Shown: piece by piece, positions 10,347 through 22,300 of the stretch
Position numbering within the stretch: position 1 is the first letter of the stretch
Layout: each line of letters begins with the position of its first letter
NCBI GenBank assembly: GCA_950097015.1
Contig: CATNEN010000033.1
Location: 2,790,001-2,854,000, forward strand
Reading direction: 5' to 3'
From: Macrostomum hystrix
Lineage: Eukaryota; Animalia; Platyhelminthes
Length of the DNA stretch: 64,000 nucleotides
Program-made: the position numbers and the translations under genes
Notes under the pieces: generated by a model
Told to the model about the DNA's origin: nothing
What the model saw: only the letters and a program-made list of their open reading frames with translations
Databases searched by the model: none

Positions 10347-13300
10347 ATGAGCCAGGAGAATAGAGAAAAAGCTGCAAAGCGTAAAACTGTCACAGTGAGA
10401 CAAACCAGCGCAAAATTCATTCCAGGAATCGCTGACAATCTACCGACCGAAGCAGTCGCATAGAGATTCTGGCAAAGGACAGTTCCAGCAGCAGCAGCAG
10501 CAGCGCTACCATGCCTCACATTCAGCTCACGATCCAGTTGAACGCTTTATGCGTGAGAAGGTTTGTAGCGAGTAGATTAGTCTGCTCAACCTGCTCAAAG
10601 GCAGTGAGCACTTTCCCCCCATAGACAAGGGTTCCTGAGCATGGCATCCTGCTTCGATTCTTAGAAATCCTGCTTCGATTCTTAGAAATCCTGCTTCGAT
10701 TCTTAGAAATCCTGCTTCGATTCTTAGAAATCCTGTTTCAATTCTTAGACTCCTGCTTCGATTCTTTGAATCCTGCTTCGATTCTTAGAAATCCTGCTTC
10801 GATTCTTAGAAATCCTGCTTCGGTTCTAAGAAATCCTGCTTCGATTCTTGGAATCCTGCTTCGATTCTTAGACTCCTGCTTCGATTCTTAGAATCCTGCT
10901 TCGATTCTTAGAATCCTGCTTCGATTCTTAGAATCCTGCATCGATTCTTAGAAATCCTGATTCGATTCTTAGTAGCCTGTTTCAATTCTTTAAATCCTGC
11001 TTCTATTCTTAGAAATCCTGCTTTGATTCTTAGAATCCTGCTTCGATTCTTAGAAATCTAGCTTCGATTCCTCCACCCGCATCATCAGACCCTGCTGGAG
11101 CAGCTGCGAGTCCGGGACGCCAGGCGAGGCTTTGTTGGCAGCCGGGGCCTCGAAAATCACCGGCTGAAGCGGATGCAGTCCTGCGTGAGTCCTGCCTTGC
11201 TTTCTAAAAATTAAATATTTCCCACATAAAAATACACGATTTAGAATCTTACAAAATGCCTCAGCTCGAAGGCCTCAGACTACATCGTGAATCCACCGTG
11301 GCATCTTCAACGATTGATTCGCCGCGAGGCCAGCTCAGAACTGCAGCGGCCCGATTGGCAACAGCGGCGGAGACAGCATCCGCAGCCGACAGCCGATCAC
11401 GTCGGGTCAGACGCTCGCCTCTTCCATTGACGTCGGCGTCTTTGCCGATGACGATGCCGCCACTTTTTCCTCAGCAGCAGCATCACAATCAGCAGCAGCA
11501 GCAGCAGCAGCAGCGCTCCTTCCACCAGCCGCCAACAGTCAATCTCGGTGTAGATATTCAGCAGCCGACCAGCTTGCCAAACCTGGGTCGTAGAAATCGT
11601 CAACAAGGCGCCGGTTTGCAGGCGAATTCGACCATGTACTTTAGCGTGGGCGTGGGCGGCGTGGGAGGACAGGGGCTGTATCGGATGCCCAGTGGTCGGG
11701 AACGGCTGCGGCAGCTAAGCCGGCGTGGTGAGTTTATAAAATGAAAGAAAGATTATTTTTGTATTTTATTTGTTAAAATCCAAAAAAAAATCTGTGGTCA
11801 AATTATCTCGCCTATTTACTTCATTAAGTAGTATAGTGCGTTTCATTAACTAAGTGTTTTAATATTTTTCTTACGTCATGAATCATCTTGCAATATTTTG
11901 TTTTATTTTTGTGCCAGTTCACTTAAATCGTTTGTTTCATAAAAATCAATCGAAAAGCAATTAACAAATTACTATTTGTTAATAATAACAGCATTTCAGA
12001 GCGTACAAAAGTACATTCGCTCTAGAATTAACAAATTATTGTCGGTTGCAAGGTTCTTTCAAAAGTGAAATTTTATGAGAGGAAATTTCTAAGAACATGT
12101 GCGCTCGTATTTGAAGAATCGAACTTTTTTTCTTGCTCAATCTTTGCTATGAATATGAAATAATGAAACATCAATATTATTTAACTGCACGATTTGTTTG
12201 GGGCCATATTCAGGTGCTGAGTTAAGATAATTTTTGTATAGTGGACTAGCAAGCTGACCCCCTTAGATAAAAAAACACAAGCTTTTGTGGCAAAAAGAGT
12301 TTTACTTCCGAGATGAGTAGAGTTTAACTACCGTTGAATTTTACTCGTCTGTGGTGTTTCATTTTTCGATATATAAACTAAAAAGCATCTGAATGAGACT
12401 ATTGGTCATACGCTTGGCATTCCATATAATTAGACGGGCAGTAATTAGGCGCTAGTGGCGAATATTCTAACTCAACTGAAATAAGACTCTAGTTTGCCTT
12501 GATTAAAGCTAATGTGTATGAGCCTCATTATTTTCATTCGTGGCTGCTGGCGCATTGAAGCCAGAAATTAATTGCGGGAAGATAAAAATACTAAATTAAG
12601 GCAATGCTATTAATAATTATGAATGGATGAATGACGAAATTAAGCATGTACTTTTACATTATTATAGAGCGATGTGCATCGAAAATTAGTGACAAATTTT
12701 CCTGATCGAACTATTCGAGAGGAAAAAAACTAAGAAACTATAGGCCATTGATGGAAGATTAATGAAAATGCCTGCACAAAATTGTGCTTTTTAACAAAAG
12801 GCCATTAAAAATCTAAATAAACGGTCAGAAAGAATTGGTTCCAGAGTGAATTAACGGTACTTTTAGCGGGACAATATCATGACTTAGATCCCAGGATTGT
12901 GAGACTAGATCACTCATATTGGGAGAATAGATCCCTCAGATTGGGAGAATAGATCCCTCAGATTGGGAGAATAGATCCCTCAGATTGGGAGAATAGATCC
13001 CTCAGATTGGGAGAATAGATCCCTCATATTGGGAGAATAGATCCCTCATATTGGGAGAATAGATCCCTCATATTGGGAGAATAGATCCCTCAGATTGGGA
13101 GAATAGATCCCTCAGATTGGGAGAATAGATCCCTCATATTGGGAGAATAGATCACTCATATTGGGAGAATAGATCCCTCAGATTGGGAGAATAGATCCCT
13201 CAGATTGGGAGAATAGATCCCTCAGATTGGGAGAATAGATCCCTCATATTGGGAGAATAGATCCCTCAGATTGGGAGAATAGATCCCTCATATTGGGAGA

Positions 13301-15634
13301 ATAGATCCCTCATATTGGGAGAATAGATCCCTCATATTGGGAGAATAGATCCCTCATATTGGGAGAAAAGATCCCTCATTTTGGGAGAATAGATCCCTCA
13401 TATTGGGAAAGTAGATCCCTCATATTGGGAGAATAGATCCCTCATATTGTGAGAATAGATCCCTCATATTGGGAGAATAGATCCCTCAGATTGGGAGAAT
13501 AGATCCCTCATATTGGGAGAATAGATCCCTCATATTGGGAGAATAGATCCCTCAGATTGGGAGAATAGATCCCTCAGATTGGGAGAATAGATCCCTCAGA
13601 TTGGGAGAATAGATCCCTCATATTGGGAGAATAGATCCCTCAGATTGGGAGAATAGATCCCTCAGATTGGGAGAATAGATCCCTCAGATTGGGAGAATAG
13701 ATCCCTCAGATTGGGAGAATAGATCCCTCAGATTGTGAGACCAGATCCCTCAGATTGTGAGACCAGATCCCTCAGATTGTGAGACCAGATCCCTCAGATT
13801 GTGAGACCAGATCCCTCAGATTGTGAGACCAGATCCCTCAGATTGTGAGACCAGATCCCTCAGATTGTGAGACCAGATCCCTCAGATTGTGAGACCAGAT
13901 CCCTCAGATTGATGAGACTACATCCCTCAGATTGTGAGACCAGATCCCTCAGATTGTGAGACCAGATCCCTCAGATTGTGAGACTTGATCCCTAGACGTT
14001 GAGACTACATCCCTCAGATTGTGAGACCAGATCCCTCAGATTGTGAGACCAGATCCCTCAGATTGTGAGACCAGATCCCTCAGATTGTGAGACCAGATCC
14101 CTCAGATTGTGAGACCAGATCCCTCAGATTGTGAGACCAGATCCCTCAGATTGTGAGACCAGATCCCTCAGATTGTGAGACCAGATCCCTCAGATTGTGA
14201 GACCAGATCCCTAGATAGATCCCGAGCCTATCTGAGCAGCTGCCGCGATTGTGCGAATTCGGGCCTCAATTCTATTCCCAACTCGCTGAAAGGCTGCACT
14301 GTCGCTGGTTGGAGACCGGACTGATTGGGACCCTCTCCCCGAGGACTTCTCTGAGACCTGAGTGGGTGGCAGTTCGGGCAGCTTCAGCGCTGACAAAGTG
14401 GGGCCGGGGCGGTGTTAGTTTAGGTCCTCATCCCCGCGTCCTTGTGTCTGCCGCCTTCATTTTCCTCCACTTTCGCTCTCCTCGCCCCGTGAAGCCAAAC
14501 CCCCTCTTCTGTTTTCAATCTCTTGAGGTCCTCTCGAAAATCCCAGGGAATAATTCCCCTCGTGTGTCTCCTCCCCGGCCGCTCTGTCCTCTTCGTCCAA
14601 GTCCGCCTCACTGCTCCTCTTCCTCTAACTGCAGGCGAGCCGGGCAGTCTCGAGCCGTGTTTCTAGGGCCCGAGTTTCATTTAGACTCGCTGCATTCGGG
14701 ATGGTGAAAATGAGAGGTGAGAATTCTGTCAGCTAAAAGAGGACAGCAAAGAAGACAGTTCTTCTCCCCAGTCCTATCCCACACACCTTTTGAGATTTGA
14801 GACTGCTCAGTGGAGCAGAGGAGGATCGAGATGAGGTGATGCTAAATTTTGAGCGGCCGTGAGAATGAAAATAAATCCCTGGGAGCGGCAAGTGCAGCTC
14901 CGAGTCGGTCCGTGTCTCCGTGTTTACCGTTAAAACAAATGTTTACCGGAATAGAAGGCTGAATTGAAGATAGCGATAAGTTGATGAATCAATTCAAAAC
15001 CTCGCCGAGGTTGTCTCAAGATCCTTCAGGGTTTAAAATCCATGAATCACAGAATTCCTCAAATTGCCGAATCCCCCGAATCCCTCAAATCCTTCGCGTC
15101 CCTCGAGTCACTCAAATACCTCAAATTTTCTTGAGTCTCTCGGTTCCCTCAAATCCCTCGAGTCCCTCAAATCCCTCAAATCCCTCGAGTCCCTCAGATC
15201 CCTCGAGTCCCTCGGCTCCCTCAAATCCCTCGGCTCCCTCAAATCCCTCGAGTCCCTCAAATCCCTCGAGTCCTTCGAGTCCCTCAAATCCCTCGAGTCC
15301 TTCGAGTCCCTCAAATCCCTCCAGTCCCTCAAATCCCTCGAGTCCCTCAAATCCCTCGAGTCCCTCAAATCCCTCGAGTCCCTCAAATCCCTCGAGTCCC
15401 TCAAATCCCTCGAGTCCCTCAAATCCCTCGAGTCCCTCGGATCCCTCGAGTCCCTCGAGTCCCTCGAGTCCCTCGGATCCCTCAAATCCCTTGAGTCCCT
15501 CGGATCCCTCAAATCCTTCGAGTCGCTCGATCCGGATGAACCACTCAGATCTGCTGGATTTCACAAATCCCCTAAACAGCATGAAAACTGAGTTATCTCC
15601 AAGTAATTATAATCTAAAAAAACTGAGCTCATAG
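10347..15634 (+). CDS. Orphan multi-exon gene with polyQ tracts. Model: 10347-10380, 10409-10560, 11089-11184, 11265-11727, 15549-15634; ~276 aa
   Basis: The central exons join in phase with good sites (REK|gtttgt...catcag|TLLEQLR...MQSC|gtgagt...cctcag|LEGLRL...SRR G|gtgagt). The last exon (cactcag|AT CTG CTG) fits phase 1. The first junction needs a 28-nt intron or a 1-nt indel. No family was recognised. Confidence 0.6.
10646..11070. repeat. 20/21-mer minisatellite AATCCTGCTTCGATTCTTAGA (intronic)
   Basis: About 20 tandem units, ending ~18 nt before the acceptor at 11088. Confidence 0.95.
12895..14210. repeat. 22-mer minisatellite with two domains: GGGAGAATAGATCCCTCAGATT, then GTGAGACCAGATCCCTCAGATT
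   Basis: About 60 units, with the variant switch near 13735. Confidence 0.97.
15065..15535. repeat. 9-mer-based minisatellite (TCCCTCGAG/TCCCTCAAA)
   Basis: Tandem units account for the overlapping ORFs at 14981-15634. The array ends just before the acceptor at 15548. Confidence 0.95.
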
Positions 15635-16396
15635 ATAGAATTGCTTTTTAAGATGGAGTCCAGTTTCCAGCTGATTAATGAGCAGGTTGCAAGTTGCATC
15701 TGAGTCCAACAGCTAAAATCAATGCTTCGTCCCGGCCATTCAGTTGGAGGTGGAGATGGGTGGGGCAATTCGGCCTGTCGAGCAGATATGAATGACAGCT
15801 TGGGCACATGAGTAGAGAGTAGAGTAGAGGGATGGGTGAAGGCAGGATGAGGCATGGCTAATAAAATAGCTATATGCATTGGGAAGCCAAATTGACATCC
15901 CCCTGCAGTGCAGGAGATGCCTCAGTGCGGACAAAGCAAGCCGGTGTCACGGCACACAAGCCCAGTCGATCGCCTTGTCATTTACAAGAGCTTCAAGTCC
16001 ACCACCCCATCGTAAGCCAATGAGGGAGATGCCTTTGCTAAGAGGAGCAAAGGCTATACGGGCCGGCCCACCCCAGCGACATCCTCACAACGGGCACCCG
16101 CGTCCTTGAGAATAGACTTAGAAAGCAATGGAGAGCAGATGAAAGAGGCGGAGAGGGGTAGAGAAAGAGGAGGGCGGACGCGTGCCGCTCAACGCGGGGG
16201 GGGGAAGAAGGAAAATGAGACCGATGAAGGAGGCTGGAGTGCTCAGGGAGAGTTGATTGATATTGTGGGGCTGGTGGGAGGACAGGCTGAGGAAAGTGGA
16301 ATTAACTCTTATCATTCTCAGCTAAAGCGCCCGATTGTTAGAAAAAAACTGCCCGAGTTTGTTAGCCTCTTCTGGAAGCACTTTTCAAATTCGTGG

Positions 16397-19300
16397 ATGT
16401 CCGAGTTTCTGTCCAACATCAGGACCAGAGTGTCCGCCGTTGTCAACGAGATGGCGACTGCCATCAGTCCGCGACTGCAGCGGCGCGGCCAGCCGACAGG
16501 GGCCTCCGCCTCCGGTGAGAAACCGAATGGGATTTCATGAGAAAAAAGACGGGATTTTATGAGAAACCGAATGGGATTTTATGAGAAACCGAATGGGATT
16601 TTATGAGAAACCGAATGTGATTTTATGAGAAACCGAATGGGATTTCATGAGAAACCGAATGGGATTTTATGAGAAACCGAATGGGATTTTATGAGAAACC
16701 GAATGGGATTTTATGAGAAACCGAATGGGATTTTATGAGAAACTGAATGGGATTTCATGAGAAACGAAATGTGATTTTATGAGAAATCAAGCGGGATTTC
16801 ATGAGAAATCAACTGGGATTTCATGAGAAATCAAATGGGATTTCATGAGGAAGAAACTAGGATTTCAGGAGGAAGAAAATATAATTTCATGACAAATAGA
16901 ATGTAATTTCATGAGTTACTAAATTATAATGATTTAATGATGATTGATTAAACGTTTTTTATTTAGAATTCGTCATTCAAAATTTTCAACATCAACTTGA
17001 CCGGCACTTAATTGTAGCAGTATTAAAATGCTTTAAAATACTATTCTGTTGTTCTTTTTTGTAAATCAATATGTCGATAGTGTCACACAACCAATAAAAT
17101 GATTATCGCCTGATCTCCCCAGAGCTGCTTGGCATTCATTTAGGTTTGAAATGACACACTATCCTGCGATCTGTATGAAATCTCTATCTGTATGAGGTTC
17201 CTTCTAAAACTGTGCTCACAGTCCCCAGTCAATAAATCTTTATTTCCGATGAGAGCATGAATTCGTAGCGACTCAGATGAGCAGTGTTAGCAACTCAGGC
17301 CTAAACTCAATGCTCCACGTTTAGACCCAGGTGAGGGTGTAAAACTGAACAAGTGGGGAGTTGGGAGTGCGCAATTTTATCCTCTCCTGTGGGGACACCT
17401 GAGCCCAGCCGCTGTACACTTGGGACTTGGGTGGGATAAAATGACAAGATTTGGGGATGTTACAGCAACTGAGAACTGGGGATAGAAAGTTAACAATGTT
17501 TGCTCTGCCGACTCTTCATCCATTCATTCATTCATTCATTCATTCATTCATTCATTCATTCATTCATTCATTCATTCATTCATTCATTCATCCATTCATT
17601 CATTCATTCATTCATTCATTCAGTCACAGTCAGTCAGTCAGTCAGTCAGTCAGTCAGTCATTCATTCATTCATTCATTCATTCATTCATTCAGTCACAGT
17701 CAGTCAGTCAGTCAGTCAGTCAGTCAGTCAGTCAGTCAGTCAGTCAGTCAGTCAGTCAGTCAGTCAGTCAGTCATTCAGTCAGTCAGTCAGTCAGTCAGT
17801 CAGTCAGTCAGTCAGTCAGTCAGTCATTCATTCATTCATTCATTCATTCATTCATTCATTTATTCATTCATTCATTCATTCATTCATTCATTCATTCATT
17901 CATTCATTCATTCAGTCAGTCAGTCACAGTCAGTCAGTCAGTCAGTCAGTCAGTCAGTCAGTCAGTCAGTCAGTCAGTCAGTCAGTCAGTCAGTCAGTCT
18001 AACAACTCTAAACTCTAAACCATTCACAGACACAACTCTAAGCCATTCACAGACACAACTCTAAACCATTCACAGACACAACTCTAAACCATTCACAGAC
18101 ACAACTCTAAACCATTCACAGACACAACTCTAAACCATTCACAGACACAACTCTAAACCATTCACAGACAACTCTAAACCATTCACAGACAACTGTAAAC
18201 CATTCAAAGACACAACTCTAAGCCATTCACAGACACAACTCTAAACCATTCACAGACACAACTCTAAACCATTCACAGACAACTGTAAACCATTCAAAGA
18301 CACAACTCTAAGCCATTCACAGACACAACTCTAAGCCATTCACAGACACAACTCTAAGCCATTCACAGACACAACTCTAAGCCATTCACAAGCACAACTC
18401 TAAACCATTCACAGACAACTGTAAACCATTCACAGACAACTGTAAACCATTCAAAGACACAACTCTAAGCCATTCACAGACACAACTCTAAGCCATTCAC
18501 AGACACAACTCTAAACCATTCACAGACACAACTCTAAGCCATTCACAGACACAACTCTAAGCCATTCACAGACACAACTCTAAGCCATTCACAGACACAA
18601 CTCTAAACCATTCACAGACACAACTCTAAACCATTCACAGACACAACTCTAAACCATTCACAAACACAACTCTAAGCCATTCACAGACACAACTGTAAAC
18701 CATTCACAGACACAACTCTAAACCATTCACAGACACAACTGTAAACCATTCACAGACACAACTCTAAGCCATTCACAAGCACAACTCTAAACCATTCACA
18801 GACACAACTCTAAGCCATTCACAGACACAACTCTAAACCATTCACAGACAACTTTAAACTGGTTCTCAACAACAGTGAGCAGCAGCTCACTCTTGTTTCC
18901 TGAGCACAAAGCTTGTCAGTGCAGCTTTTACCTGAGAGAAGTTTTGTTCGCTAAAAGCAAACGGTTTTAGAGAGTTGGGGAGATCTTCCCCGTGTCCTAA
19001 CACTGGGCCTCAAGACATATTTCCTCTCGCCGACCTTGTCAATCAGATTTCGCACCCGAGAAAGAACTGGCGACTCTAACAATGCGGGAAGGACAGCAGG
19101 CGGCTAGTTAGATACAGTCAAAGTTTTTCCTATTGAAACTTTTCGTTGAGAAATGTACTTTAAAAAAAAGAAATTTATGACGACGTGCGTCACGATTTAT
19201 TATTAGCAATTTGAGCCGCCACTGAGACCACTGATGGGGCGCGGGGATGTTGATAAGGACCTACACGGCAAACTCTGCTGCCACTTCCTTCCGGACGCTA

Positions 19301-22300
19301 TGCGCGTCCTATAACTTGCCTTGCAGAGCGGAGCATCGCTAGACGATTCTGCTGCAACAATGCCCAACAACAATGAGCCGGCGGGTACCTCGGGATGAGA
19401 AAAAAGCTCTATCTTATATCTTCTGCTAATCTGCTTTGAGAGAGCAAATCAAAGCGAAAGCATTGAAAACATTGTTACACAGTCAACCAAACATCAATCT
19501 AACCTTTGAGCCTGGTCTCACCCCATCTCTCCACTCTCACCCCATCTCTCCATTCTCACCCCATCTCTCCATTCTCACCCCATCTCTCCACTCTCACCCC
19601 ATCTCTCCATTCTCACCCCATCTCTCCACTCTCATCCCATCTCTCCAGTCTCACCCCATCTCTCCATTCTCACCCCATCTCTCCATTCTCACCCCATCTC
19701 TCCATTCTCATCCCATCTCTCCATTCTCATCCCATCTCTCCATTCTCATCCCATCTCTCCATTCTCATCCCATCTCTCCATTCTCATCCCATCTCTCCAT
19801 TCTCATCCCATCTTTCCAGTCTCCTCCCATCTCTCCAGTCTAATCCCATCTCTCCACTCTCACCCCATCTCTCCAGTCTCACCCCATCTCTCCACTCTCA
19901 CCCCATCTCTCCAGTCTCACCCCATCTCTCCATTCTCACCCCATCTCTCCATTCTCACCCCATCTCTCCACTCTCACCCCATCTCTCCACTCTCATCCTA
20001 TCTCTCCAGTCTCACCCCATCTCTCCAGTCTCATCCCATCTGTGCAATCTCATCCCATCTCTCCAGTCTCACCCCATCTCTCCAGTCTCATCAAATCTGT
20101 CCAATCTCACCCCATCTCACCACTCTCACCCCATCTCTCCAGTCTCACCCCATCTCTCCACTCTCATCCCATCTGTGCAATCTCACCCCATCTCTCCAGT
20201 CTCATCCCATCTGTGCAATCTCATCCCATCTCTCCAGTCTCACCCCATCTCTCCACTCTCATCCCATCTGTGCAATCTCACCCCATCTCATCACTCTCAT
20301 CCCATCTCACCACTCTCATCTCATCTCACCACTCTCATCCCATCTCACCACTCTCATCTCATCTCTCCAGTCTCATCCCATCTGTGCAATCTCACCCCAT
20401 CTCACCACTCTCATCCCATCTCACCACTCTCATGTCATCTCACCACTCTCATCTCATCTCTCCAGTCTCACCCCATCTCTCCACTCTCATCCCATCTGTG
20501 CAATTTCATCCCATCTCACCACTCTCATCCCATCTCACCACTCTCGTCCCATCTCATCTCTCCAGTCTCATCCCATCTCTCGAGTCTCATCCCATCTCTC
20601 GAGTCTCATCCCATCTCTCGAGTCTCATCCCATCTCTCGAGTCTCATCCCATCTCTCGAGTCTCATCCCATCTCTCGAGTCTCATCCCATCTCTCGAGTC
20701 TCATCCCATCTCTCGAGTCTCATCCCATCTGTCCAGCCTCATCCCATATGTCCAGTCTCATTTCATCTCCCCAGTCTCATCCTATATGTCCAGTCTCATC
20801 CCATCTCCCCAGTCTCATCCCATATGTCCAGTCTCATCCCATCTCTCCCATCTCCAGTGATTTGTTAATATTTCCAGTATCCCTTATCTCGTGTCCCCTC
20901 TCATTTTTCGTTCTTCGCATCAAACACAGAACTTTAATTTTCCCCACTCCGAGGCCGAAGAGCAGGAATTTTTTTGGCATTCTCTGGTCACAAAGAAAGT
21001 GTCAGAAAATCGACAAAAAATATCTTCTCAAGATTACATTTCTCAGATGAGTTACATGTTGCGAGCTCTCTGCCTGATTATTTGGGACAGTTCCTGGGAC
21101 CTGGGTTCGCTTCCTTCCTTTTGTCGCTTTGTGAAGCAGCAAATTGAAGCAGTGGGACTGCGTCCTCATCAATTGAACTCAAAGCCGGTGACTGGAGATG
21201 TTCTATAGTTGTGGGTTGAGCTATTTTCAATCATTTCCGCTTCTGCTTGCAGGTGCCAGCAACGGAGGCGATGTAGGCTCAATTCATCAGCAGCCGCATA
21301 TTAACGATGTAAGTGTTTAAATTATTTAAATCTGCAATTAATCCAGCATTACTACTGACATCCTCTAGATTGTTTTTTATGAATTTTTATGACCACCTTT
21401 TTTTTAGATATTTCGCCTGCCCGAAGCGGATGCAGGTAAGTGAGTCCTGACCTTAAGTAATTGTAACTCACTAGCTCATGGCAATCAGTCCCTCCGACTA
21501 TCCTGTGCGGCTGCTTTGAGCACATTCAGCTTTGAGCTTTCATTTGAAGCTATTTGAGCTATTTGAAGCCACTGCAAGCAAACAAAAGGTCTCGCGGATT
21601 AAACCAGGAATCGAAATGCTGACAGCAATATATTTTTAACGTGGAAATTCTTGCTTGCCGAAAAAAACCTCACAAACTGCCCCGACCCCCCCCCAGCTCA
21701 AAAAGGACACGCGAAAATGAGGGAACAGCAGCAGGGCCTCAGCAGGTACCGACAATCAGCGAATCCCACCCAGGGCGCCACCCCACTCCCTCCCTGCCCA
21801 ACCCCGCCCACTGGTAAATATAGAACAGGGCAGACAGTCAGTGGAGCTTTCCACAGAGAGACCTAAAAGAGACGAGCAACTTCACATTCATCGGCAGCAG
21901 CGGCAGCGGCAGCAGCAGCTCAGCAAGCAATGAACAGCAGCGAGGGCGCCCAGGATCAGGATGGCAACGAGGACAGCTTCGAGCCAGCGCCGCCACCCAC
22001 CGCAGCCCAGCTCAGACGGCGCTCCGGCCGCAGGTCGCAGGAGGACTGCGAGGCGACGCCGCCGCCACGACCTACGCCTCCGTCGACCGCCGTCAGGAGC
22101 GTTGCCGGAGCCGGCGGCCGTCGGTTGTCCAGCATCGAGATGACGGTCCAGAACGAAGACGGCGAAGCTGAAGAGGTCGAAATTGATGTGGCAGACACCG
22201 AGGATGATGTGGTAGCTCCGCTGGCCAAAGGTGAGACTTTGTGGCCCCATTTTGCGCCATTTTGCGCAATTTTGTGCCATTTTGTGTCATTTTGTGCCAT

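Noticed and set aside
14981-15634. SPSNP / SLKSLE / EGLEGF repeat ORFs
   Set aside because: A 9-mer array open on both strands. Only 15549-15634 is retained as a candidate exon.
19436-21050. 514-aa and overlapping SHPISP-repeat ORFs
   Set aside because: Intronic pyrimidine minisatellite, open in several frames.
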